Shown here piece after piece: positions 46,102-57,125 of a stretch of DNA of 64,000 nucleotides. The DNA comes from Cyanophora paradoxa CCMP329 (lineage: Eukaryota > Plantae > Glaucophyta), in the NCBI GenBank assembly GCA_004431415.1, contig QPMI01000201.1, positions 1 to 64,000 on the forward strand. Reading direction: 5' to 3'. The notes under the pieces are model-generated. The model saw only the letters and a program-made list of their open reading frames with translations, did not search any database and was not told where the DNA came from. A program made the translations under genes and the position numbers. Position 1 is the first letter of the stretch, and every line of letters starts with the position of its first letter.

Positions 46102-47100
46102 CTAGCTATAGGCGGCATGCGCAGGCTGCACCTCTTTTCGGGGACGCTTCGGCTGCCCATCGCGACGTCCACGCCTTGGTGCTGCCGCAGCTGCAGGAGC
46201 CGCGTCCGGGGCGACGGCGGAGGCGGCGGCCGCCTGCGCCGTGTGCTCGTCGCGCAGCTCCTCCCGCATCAAGCCGATGATGGGCGCGAAGCGCGGGTCG
46301 GCCCCCAGGCTCGCGTCGTCCGGGGCCTTCTCCCCGCGCTCCAGCGCGAGGAAGAAGAGCGCGTCGCACACGAGCGCGTGCCCGCGGCTCTCCAGCCGCA
46401 GGTGCTCCTCCAGCGCGCCCTTCACCGCCTGCCGACGCCCACGTGCGCGGGGGCGCGGGCCGGGCGTTCAGTGAACACGATTGTCGAACGCATGTCGAGC
46501 TAGCGATCGTGTGCATGGGCATACATGCGCACCACATCCGTGGGGAGCCTTTTGAAGACGCCGGGGGCCCGCAGCTGCAGCAAGGCGAGATCTTCCGCCG
46601 GCACGGACTCCGGGGCTCCTGCTTTCTGCAGTACCTCCTTCGCTAGGAAGCTGCGAATGCCGGCGCAGGCCACGGCGCCTCCCGCGGCCGCAGCTGCAGC
46701 CTCGCTGGCGGGCAGCTTGCTGACGCCGGACAGGAGCCGATCGAGACCCGCGGGTGCATTCTCCTTCTTCTCGGCGCACGCGGAGAGAATCCGCAGTCGC
46801 AGCGCATCGCTTATCGCGAAGCGGAAACTGATGCTGATGGCGCCGGCCATGGACACGCTGGCGATGCGTTCAGCTGTATCGGATGTCCAGCCGCTTCGCC
46901 ACCATCCTCTTGGGGCGTTCCGCAGCGAGCCGGCAGCCGCCCAGAAGCTTCACCGTGCTCCGAGGTGCTGGCCGGAGGCGCCCGCACAGCGCGGCCGGCG
47001 CCGGCCGCTCCAGATCTATGTTAAGCGCGCGAAACTTCTCTGCGCATGCAGCACTCTGCAGCTGCCAGCTGCTGATCAAGGGGTACGGCGAAAAGTTATC
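46102..47100 (-). pseudogene. Probable pseudogene of unknown helical protein
   Basis: Coding-like ORFs 46500-46856 and 46102-46425, separated by a TAG inside the palindromic run CGATCGCTAGCTCG and a probable intron. Confidence 0.45.
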
Positions 47101-47325
47101 TTCCGGGGTACGGATCACGACCGTCGGAGTACGGGTACCGGTCACGACCGTTTGTCGGGGTAAGCTTAAGGCTAACGGCTGCAGCGCCGTGCATGCGCAT
47201 ATGCGTGAGACGTCACGGCGTCGACGGATCCCGGACGGACACAGCGAATGGGCCGGCCAGTGCAGCGCTACGGCTGTGGCTAGCGCTAGCTATATAGGCC
47301 GGCGGCGGCCCTAGGGGCCCTAAAG

Positions 47326-50140
47326 CTAGGACGCGGAGCTCGAGGGGGCCGGGGTGGGGCACTGTGCGAGGGCGGCGCGGAGGGCGGCACAGTGGGCCTC
47401 GAGGCGCTGGGCGGCGAGCTCCCAGAAGACCCAAGAGCGGAGCTCGACGCCGAGGGCGGCACGGAAGCTCTCCTCGGCGGGGCGCGCCCCGAGGCCGGCG
47501 AGCAGCGCGTCGAACTCGGCCCCGAAGGCCGCGCCCCGCTGCTGCTCCAGCTCCAGCAGCCCGCACGCCGCCAGCCGCCCGAAGCGCTCCGCGAAGCCCG
47601 CCCCCGGCTCGCCCAGCGCCGCCAGCCAGACCGCGCCCAGCGAGGCTGCCCCGCAGTCAGGGGCGGGGCGGGGCGGGAGGGGCGGGCAGGGGGACGGACT
47701 GGGGAGGGCCGTGAGGGTGTCCTCGCCGTACCACTCCCGCAGGCTCTGCGACCCGCGGGCGATCAGCGAGGGGCGGGCTGGGGGCCCCGGGGTGGGAGGG
47801 CGGGGGGGGCGGGCCTGCTCCATGAGGGCGGGGAGGGCGCCCTCGGCGGCGACGGCGGGGACGCCCTCGAGGCGGAGGAGGGCGCGCTGGAAGTCCCAGA
47901 GGGCGGGGCGGTAGAGGCCGAGGTCGGCGGCGCGCTGGGCGCCGGCCCAGGCGAGGGCGGCGCGCTCGGGGGCGGCGAGGGCGGGGTCGGCGAGGGCCCC
48001 CTCGAGGGCCCGCAGCTCGAAGAAGGAGGCCACCGCGTCGCCCAGCGCCGGCCCCTTCGCCCCGTACCGCGTCCCCAGCACCCCCGCCTCCCGCCGCCGC
48101 TCCTCCAGGTAGCTCTGCCTGCGCCCGCCGCTCGCTTGCGCCCCAGCGAGCGCCGCCCCGCGGCCGGCGAGCGCACCCGACGGCGCGGGCGAGGGTCGGC
48201 AGCGCGAGGGGCCTGCGGAGGGGGTCGGGGGCGCTGGCGGGGGCGGGCAGCGGGGCGGACCCCAGGGCGGCGGAGGGGAGGGCGATGTAGGCCGCCCGCG
48301 AGCGGGTCATGAGGTGCACGGCGGGGAGCCGACCTCCGCCGAGACCCCTGCCGCCCCTCAGCGGCCGCCAGCACGGGGCGCGGGGCGGGGCGGGCGCACG
48401 GAGGCGGCCGGCGGCGAGGGCGGCGGGGAGGTCGCGGCCGAAGTGGGGCCGAGGAGGGCGGCGAGGCGCGCGAGGGCGGCCTCGGGGCGCGCCTCGGGGA
48501 AGTCGGCGGGGAGGGCGGCGGGGCGGCGGTGCGAGAGCGCGAAGTCGCGCTCGGAGAGGGCGCCCCGTACAGCGCCGGGCCGGCGGCGCGCAGCAGGCCC
48601 CGCACCGCCTCCCGGCAGCGCGCCTCGGCGAGCGCCACGCCCTCCGCCGTCTCCCGCCCCACCAGCGCCTCCTCCTCCGCCCCGCGCGCCGCGTCCGGCG
48701 CCCCCAGGCCCCGCGCGACGTGCCCCACCTCTGCCCCGCATGCACCCCGTCAGACGGGAGCCGAGCGAGGGCGGGGGCGGAAAGAGCAAAGCCTGGGGCG
48801 GGCCGGAGAGGAAGAAGGCATAGACGACGACGTGCTCCGGCGGGGGCGCCTCGTTCGGCAGGTACCTGCTCGCCCGCCGCCGCCCCGCCCACACCTCGAT
48901 GCCGAGCCGGGGAGGAGCAGGCAGGGGTGTACCCCATCTGGGCGGCAGCGGTGACGTCCTGCATGCTCTCGACGACCTGCGCGGGGTCAGCTGCGGGGGC
49001 GGGGCGGGGCGGGGCGGGGCGGGCCTGGCGGGCGTCGTTGGGGAGGCGCTGGAGGACGTCGTCCTGCGCGAGCGCATGCAGCGCCTGCCGCCGCCTGCCC
49101 CGCCCCGCCCTGCCTCGTCGGCCCCGGCCCCGGCGCCCGGGCGGGGCGGGGCGCGCACGCGCGGCCGAAGAAGAAGCGGAGGTGGAAGGCCGCCTCCTCG
49201 TGGTTCTCGCCGGGCCCCGCCAGCTGCCTGCGCGCCCGCCGCCGTCGCCCGGGGGCGCGGGGGCGCGGGGGCGCGGGGGCGCGGGGGCGGGGCGGACGCG
49301 GCGAGGGCGGCGAAGGCGTCGTCGCGGAGGGTCAAGTCCCCCGCCATCGCCCGCAGCGTCGTTGCCCGCTCTGTGAAGCCCTGCGGCCGCCCTCAGGCCC
49401 CTCTCTGCCTCCCGCGCCCCTCACTCCGCACGCGCGCACGTTGAGGGCCCCCGCGACGCGCTCCTCGAGCTCCTCGCGCGCCACCAGCTGCGCCGCCGCC
49501 GCCAGGTCACTGCACACCCCGTACGCCTCGAAGTACTGCTTGAGAAGGCCACCCATCTCGCCGAGCAGCGGGAGGAAGAGCGCCGGCGGCAGCTCGCCCC
49601 CGTGCGCCCTGTGCATCTCCTGCGCCGCCGCGCCCCGTCGGAAATCTAACTGCAACGATAACAAAGCGCATGCATATGGGATGGAGCTCGAGCGCACCTC
49701 CATGCGGCCGGCGAGGTCGTCCGATGCTTGCTCGAGCGCCCGCCCCACTTCGTCGATGTACGCAAGGTCCTGTGGACCGCGCGGCTCGCCGGCGATGGCG
49801 CACGCCTCAGCGCAGGCGAGCGAACCCGCTCAAAGGCCGGGTCCTCGCCGTCCGCCAGCTGCGGGTACTCGGCCAAGCGCCACTCCGCATCGACTGGCGC
49901 CGACGTCGGCTCCGTCGCGAGCGGCCGGCGCGGAGCCGCTCGGATGGATGGCGCTGGGAGAGCGCGGCTCGCGTATGCGGCTTGCACAGCCGCGCGGGCC
50001 GAACTGGCGGGCGCGATGTGAGCATGCCTTGCGCCGGCCGCGGAGATCGGCCGCGCGGCGCCAATGTGCGCCTGCGAGGGAGCGACGCTCGCCGCGCTCC
50101 TCCAGCAGCGCCGGAGGCCCCGGAGCGCCTGCGTATGCAT
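47326..50140 (-). CDS. Hypothetical Ala/Leu-rich protein with mitochondrial-like presequence, multi-exon
   Basis: MHTQALRGLRRCWRSAAS... followed by spliceable exons ending ...RSWVFWELAAQRLEAHC...SSSAS*. No family recognised. Confidence 0.55.
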
Positions 50141-50308
50141 GATATCGATCGACCAGCTGCAACTCCCTGACTTCTCCCCCCCTCCCCCGGCCGAGGTCTT
50201 CAAGCTTTGCCCGGCCCCCTTCCCCTGCCGCCGGCTCCTCGAAGGCGGTGTTTCGTTGCGAGCTGCTCTATCTTGGACTCCTTAAACATCGAATTCAACA
50301 GCGCCTCG

Positions 50309-51340
50309 CTAGCTGCCGCCTCGCCCACGCTGTGGGAGCCTACAGCTGCCGCCACGCCCTTCTAGTCCTGCAGCAGCCGACGCGTACGATGTCGACGTGG
50401 AGCCCTGGTTTCCCGCAGGCGCAGGCACGGGCGCCGGGGCGCTGGGCGGGCTAGCTATAGGGGGCGTGGCGGCCGATGGGCGCGGTTGGTGGGACTCGGA
50501 CGGGGCGCCGGAGGAGGATCCTGCGGGGCGGGGGAGGGGCCGGCGGGGCGCCGCGGGGAAGGGGAGGGGGTCCCGAGAGGGAAGGCGGAGGACGCGCTGG
50601 AAGTAAGCGGGGGGCAGGACGCCCGCCGCGTCTCCGGGGCACAGGATCACGCCGTTCGCCGAGCGGTAGAACTCGTATCCGTCCTCCAGCGCCCGCCGCA
50701 CGTCCACGTACACAGCCACCTCGCAGTTGCCCCGCATCCCTGCCGCCACGGCCACGCCGCGTCGGCGCGCGGCGGGGGCGGGACGCAGCGGGGCGCGAAC
50801 CACTGATGACCTCCCCCGGCTCGCCCTCGGCGAGGTGGATGTGGGCGCGGCTCATTCGCTTGAGCCCCTCTCCCTTGATCACCTCCCAGGCGCGCAGATA
50901 GGTGCCGTGCACGCAGACGAGCGGGGCGGAGGAGGCGTCCACGCGCTGCAGCTCGAGGTCCTTGACCTCAATCGAGTGGCCTTGGTTCGCTCGGATGTGC
51001 AGCGCCCCCTCGATCTCTTCTAGCTTGAATCGCTGCTTCGCATTTTCCGCTACAACGCGCTCCACGTCCGCCAGCGTCCAGCCCCGCAGGCTCTTGTGCG
51101 CCAGCACGTCCTCCACCCTAGCGAAGCCATCCGTCCGCATCGCCACGCCTGGGCCGTGCGACGATCATGGAACGCGCCTGCGTGATTGGCTCTTACTCCT
51201 GCACCTTCCTTGTCGGCGGCGTGCCGCAGGAGCCACGAGAGCTTCTTACTCAGGCTCACCAGCGGGTCCTCGTCGCGCGCGCCACCGCGGCCGCCACCGC
51301 GGCCGCCACCTCGACCACCGCGGTCTCCGCGACCCGACAT
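50309..51340 (-). CDS. TRPT1: tRNA 2'-phosphotransferase (Tpt1/KptA), 3 exons
   Basis: LSKKLSWLLRH, NAKQRF, IRANQGHS, VHGT, LKRMSRAHIHLA, FYRSANGVIL; RGG-rich N-terminus. Confidence 0.92.
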
Positions 51341-51620
51341 TCACGCCGCTGGAACTGCGGAACTCCGGGCCGCGTCGGACTTGCGATGGGCAGCTATGAG
51401 CGACACACCCAGACGCGGATATCGATGGGCCCGAAGAATCTTGCGGGCCACCTGCGGCTGGCTGCTGGTGCTCAGTCCGCGGCCGCGGCTCAGATCGATT
51501 GCGGATGAAGTTGGGGGGGATACGCGAATCAACAAACGGTTCAGCGTGAACCCAGCTGCTGAGCTTCCGACAGCATCGCCGCGTGCACGGGCGGCAGCCG
51601 AAGGCGAGGGAGCGCCGGAA

Positions 51621-54600
51621 ATGGATCGCGTGGATGAGACCCCCGCGCGGTCGAGAGTGCTAGAACCCGCTAGCGCCTCCCGCGGGGCCGGGACGCTCAG
51701 CCGCTCGATGACCTTCTCGGCATCGACAATTAGAGCGCATCATCAGCCGCTCGAGCCGCCAACGCCTTCTGGCGCGTCGCGGAGGCTAGATTTGGATGCA
51801 GTGCAGGGGCTCGCTCCAGCCGCGACGGGGCCTTCGGCCAAGAGGCAGAAGGCTGAAGAGCCCGTACGCGGCGCCGTCATCATTCGGGGCAACATGGAAA
51901 AGTACAGTGCGCAGCATGCAGGGGCCGCTCGACGCGCCTCACGGCGCGCGCCGATCATTCTCCCGGCGCGCAGACGCCATCGGGCAGCCGTGCGTCAGGA
52001 TCCAAATCTCGCAGGACGGGACGAAGCTCGTGTGGACGGACGGGTCGGAGAAGAGCGAGCAGCACTTCGAGCTGGGCAGCAGCAAGGCCTACCCGGCGTG
52101 TAGCACACACGAGGAGGTCTTCGAGGGGACGGTCCGCGAGGTCGTCGACAAGTTCGTGCGGGAGGGCTCCAACGCGGCCCTCTGCGCGGTGCGGCCCGCA
52201 CCGCGCGCCCCGCCCCGCCCACGCGCTGAGGCCGGGGGCGGGCCGGGGGCGGTGCAGTACGGGCAGACGGGCTCGGGCAAGACGTTCATGATGAGGGGCG
52301 CCGGCGGGGCGGCGGACGGGCGCGGCGGCCTCGTGCACCTGGCCATCCGGCACCTCTTTGCGGCGGCGGCGCGCCCCGGGCGCGAGGTCAGGGTCTCGAG
52401 CTTCCAGGTCGACCAGGACGGGGTCGGGGACCTGCTGCAGCCCGGGGGCCCGCAGCTGAGGCTCTTCGACCACGCCGAGCGGGGTACCGTCGTACGGGAC
52501 CTGCGGAGCGAGCCCGTGGCGAGCGCGGAGGCGGCGGTCGCGGTCTTCGAGCGGAGCTGGGAGGGCCGCGCGGTGGCGAGCACGGGCGCTAACGACAAGA
52601 GCTCGCGCTCGCACGCCTTCTTCCGCGTGGAGCTGACGGACCTGCTGCTGGGGACGCGGACGCTGGACCTGGTGGACCTGGCCGGCTCGGAGAACGCGAA
52701 GGTGACGGAGGGCCTGTCGCCGCGCTCCCGCAAGAAGCGCCTCGACGAGGGCGCCGCAATCAACGAGTCCCTCTGCGCCCTCCGCCGCCTCGTCCTCCAG
52801 CTCAAGCAGGCCCGCCGCCCCCGCTCCGCCCCGCCCCGTGCCGCCGGCACCTCTCGCCTGACGGCCCGGCGGGCGGCGGGGCGGCAGGGCGAGTCGGGGA
52901 CCTTCCGGGAGCAGGCGCTGACGCGGCTGCTGAAGGGCGCCCTGACGAGCAACTCGGCGACCTGCGTCCTCGCCTGCGTCAAGCCCGAGCCCGAGGCCGC
53001 ACCCGAGACCAAGAACACGATCAGCGTGCGCGGCGATCCGCTCCGCGCTGCGCCGCGGATCCGCCCCGATGTGACGGCCGCGGCAGTTCCTGCGGGACGT
53101 GACGAGCCTGCGGGTGGCGGCGCGGGGCGCCGCTGCCCCCTCTGGCGCCACCTCCGCGCAGCTCGAGACCCTCCGCGTCCGCCCCGCACCGCCCGGCCCC
53201 CCGCCCGCCGAAGACCTCCCCCGGGGCGCCGTACTCACGACCGGCGGCCGCGGGCGCAGGTGGCGCTGGGCGAGGCGGAGGCCGGGGCGGAGGCGGCGCG
53301 CGCCGAGCGGGACGCGGCGCTGCGGGAGGCGCAGGAGGCGGCCAGGCTCGAGGCGGCGCTGCGGGCCGAGCTCGAGGCGGCCCGGCGCGAGGCGGCGGCG
53401 CGCGAGGAGGCGCTCCGGGGCGAGCTCGCCGCCGCCGAGGCCCGCGAGGCCTCCGCCCACCGCGCCGTCTCCGTGCGCCACGCCGCCCCGCCCCGCCGCA
53501 CCACTCGAGCGTGGGCCGACGCGGCGGCGCGGGGGCAGCTGGCGCGGCGGGAGGCGGAGCACGCGCGGGCCGAGGCGGAGCAGGCGGCGACGAGCGCCGG
53601 GGAGATCGCCGCGAAGCTCGCCCGCGCCACCGCCGACCTCGCGGCGCGCCCCCGCCCCGGCCCCGCCGCCCGCCTCCGGCCGTCCCGCTGATGCGAGCGA
53701 GGGCAGGCGGCGGAGGAGAGGGCGGCGGGGGCCGCCGCGGAGCGGGAGGAGGCGCTCGCCGAGGCCGGGCGCCTGCGGGCCGCCCTCGAGGCGCGCCCGC
53801 CCCCTCCGCCCTCGACGCCGGCCGCGGGGCCGAGCCGTGCACGCAGGAGGCGGAGGCGGCGGCGGGCCGGGCGGCCGCGGAGCGGGCCTCGGCGGAGGAG
53901 CGGGCGCGCGCAGCCGAGGAGCGGGCCCGCATCGCCGAGGAGGCGGCGGCTCGGGCGGTGCGACCCCGCCCGCGCAGCGCTCCCTGCTGCTCTCGCCTTA
54001 GTCGGCGCGGCAGGGAGCGGAGGCGCGGGAGGCATCGCAGAGGGCGGCGCGCGCTGCTGAGGGCCTGCGGGACAAGCTCGCGGTGCGCGCTGACCTCCGC
54101 CGGGCCCCGCGGCTGCCGGCGGCGGGCGAGGCGGGGCGGCGGGCGCAGCGCATGGAGGAGCGGGCGCTGGCGGCGGAGGTGGAGGCCGCGGAGGCGCGCG
54201 AGGCCGCCGCCGAGGCCGCCGCCGCCCTCCAGGCCCGCCTCGACGTGCGCCCCGCCCGCTCCCGCGCCCCGCTACCCGCCCGCCGACCCTCGCTTCGGTC
54301 GAACAGGCCGCCGAGGCGGCGGCAGAGGCGGCGCGCGCGGAGGCCCTCGGCCGGGCGGAGGAACTGCGCGCCGAGCAGCAGGCGCGGCGGGCGGCAGAGG
54401 CGGCAGCCGAGGCGGTGCGCGCGCAGGGACAAGGCCGGTCGGAAGAAGCGCGCGCGGCGCAGCGGGCGCGGGAGGCTGCGGAAGCGGCGGTCGAGGCGGC
54501 GCGGGCGGAGGCATCTGGCCGGGCGGAGCAGCTGCGCTGCGAGCAGCGGGCGCGGGAGGAGGCGGAGGCGGCGGCGAGGAGGGCAGCCGACTCTGCGAGG

Positions 54601-56746
54601 GCGGCGGCGGAGGCGTCGGTGGCGATGTCCGAGCGCCTCAAAGCCGCGGAAGCGGAGTCCAGCGAAGTGCGTCGGCCCTTTGCAGGCCCCGCGCCCCGCC
54701 GTCGCGCTCTGAGAGAGGGGCCGGCAGCTGCGGGGCCAGCTCGACGCGCGCAATGCAGAGGCCGCCGCGCTCCGCTCCCGTGCCGAGGCGGCCGAGGCGA
54801 GCAGGGCGGAGCTGGAGGCGAAGCTGGAGTCTGCGGAGGCGCAGCTCGAGCGCAGCCGCGCCAGCCTCGCCAACCGCACCCGTAGCGCCGTGCGCTCGCC
54901 TGCCCCGTGCGTCTGCTGCCGCCGAATTCCGCCGACGCCGCCGTCAAACAGGCGGAGGCGAACGCGGAGCTGGGGGCGGCGCGGGAGGCGGCCGCGGGGC
55001 GGGAGCGCGAGCTGGAGGCCCGGCTCGAGGCGGCAAAGGAGGAGCGGGCGACCCTCACCGCGGCCCTGAACGCTGCCCGAGAGGTGCGCATGCGCGTCCC
55101 GCCGGCGCCTTGGCGGGGCCGGCGGGAGCGAGCGGGGGCGGGGCGCAGGAGGCGGGACGGGGGCGGGAGGAGCTGGAGCGGGCGCAGCGGCAGCTGGAGC
55201 GGGCACGGGCGGAGAGCCACGAGGCCTCGCTGGCGCACCGCCGCGAGATGGACTCCCTGCGCGCCGAGCGCGACGCCATCAAGACGACCCTCGAGGCGCC
55301 CCCGCCCCGCCCCGCCCCGCCCCGCTTGCTTCGCCTCGCTCGTCCGACGGAGGCTGACTGAGCGGGGGCGAACGGCAGCTGACGAAGCGGCAGCTCGAGA
55401 ACGCGAACCAGCAGCGCGAGCTGCAGACCAATCCCGCGGCGGCCGCCGCCGTTGCCGGCACCCCGAGCCGCCGGCCGGCGGCCTCTGCTGCGGGCGTCCC
55501 GGCCTCCCCCGCCCTCTTCCGCTCGCCGGCCCTGCCGCAGCCGCGGCCGGCCGCGACCCCTGCGGCAGCCGCGGCGGCGCCTGAGACGGTTTCGCCGGCG
55601 CAGCCGGACCCGCTCAATGACTCGCCGGCCGCCGACCCGCCCGCGCAGTCGGGCTACGAGGCGGCCGCCGAGCCGAGCGCGCCGGGCGCAGAGCAGGGCG
55701 CTGAGGAGTCGTCGGAGCGCTCGAGCGGGGGCAGCGCGGCGAGCGGCGAGGGGGCCCGCTCGCGCCGCCGCCGCCGCGAGGGGGCGGACGGGAACCTCGG
55801 GGATGCGCCCGGCGAGGAGAAGCCCGCCAAGCGGCGCGGGGGCGGCGGAAGGCGGCGGGGCCGGCGGAGGAGGAGGCGGAGCTGCGGGCGCTAAAGGAGG
55901 CGAACAGCGTCGTGCACTTCCGTCTCGAGCGGGAGCCGGACGTCAAGGCCAGCGAGGAGATGTACTTCGCCCTCGCCCTCGAGCGCGGGCCCTTCCTCGC
56001 CGGCCCGCAGCCTCCGCAGCCGCCGGCGCCGGCGCGGGAGGGGCGGCGCACGCGGAGCGCGGGGCGGGCCGGCGCGCTGGGGATCAGGGCGGAAGGCGGG
56101 GAGACGGTGCCGCTGCGCGGGGCAGAGGACCCCGTGCCGCGGGACCCCTACCAGGCACTCCTCCACGCCCTCTGGAAGGAAATCACTTCCGTGCGCCGGC
56201 CCCCGCCCCCCCCCCCCCCCCCGTCCCCTCGTGCGAGCCCGCGGGGCGGGACAGAACTCGCCGCACTGGTGGGCGATCTACATGCGGGAGGACATGTGGA
56301 ACGTCTACGTGCTGGCGTGCCCCGAGACGGGCGCCGCCATCGCGAGCTTCGAGGCGCTCGCGGAGTACATGCGCGGCAGGGGCGACGCGGGGCTCGCCCC
56401 CGACCGGCCCCTCGTCCTCCGCTTCCGCTTCCGCCCCGACGACAAGGACCTCCAGGAGCGCGCCAGGACCGGCGCCTACGGCAAGCCGCGCCCGCAGCCG
56501 AAGGACCCTGAGAAGGCCCAGAAGCCGAAGACCAAGATCGGGCGCTCGCGGGACGAGAACAGCGACCCGAGCCCCGCGCAGGCGCGCCCTGACCCCGCCC
56601 CGCCCTCCTCGACGGGCGCTGACCGCGAGGCTCGCCCCGGCCGGCAGGCGGCCAGCGCCGGCACCGGCGCCGAGAAGGCGCCGAAGCAGGGCCCCGGAGC
56701 CACCCTCGAGGCCCCGCTCCGCTCGCCCCTTGCCGTCCGCCGCTGA
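51621..56746 (+). CDS. Kinesin-like protein (N-terminal motor, long coiled coil, C-terminal globular segment)
   Basis: YGQTGSGKT, NDKSSRSH, LVDLAGSE, EGAAINESL, LTRLLKGAL, then Ala/Glu/Arg coiled-coil exons. Whether the 3' end belongs to this gene is uncertain. Confidence 0.8.
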
Positions 56747-57125
56747 TCGACCGGAGCGGCCCCGCTGCCGGCTAGGACATCTTTTTCGCGTGATAGGATC
56801 ACTTGTTGGGCCCCCCTCTCTCTCGGCCTGCCTTGCTCGGGCCTCCTGTTCTTTGGTTGTAAATGTTTCATCAAGAATCTGCTTGAGCACATAAGCTGGT
56901 GGGGCCGCTGGATCTAGAGGCCTCTACACGAATTGAAACTACACGGAATCTGGCGCCAGCCACAAGGCCGGTGTAAAGTTGGTGCTGGCCCGCGACCCAC
57001 GCGGGGCCGCGGGGCCGACGGAAAGAACGCCTCGCGCGGGCGGAAAGTAAAGTAAAAACGGGGGCGCCGTACGCGTGCGGGCTGGGGCCCGCTGGGCCGG
57101 CGGGGCGGGGCGTCGCGCCGGGGCC

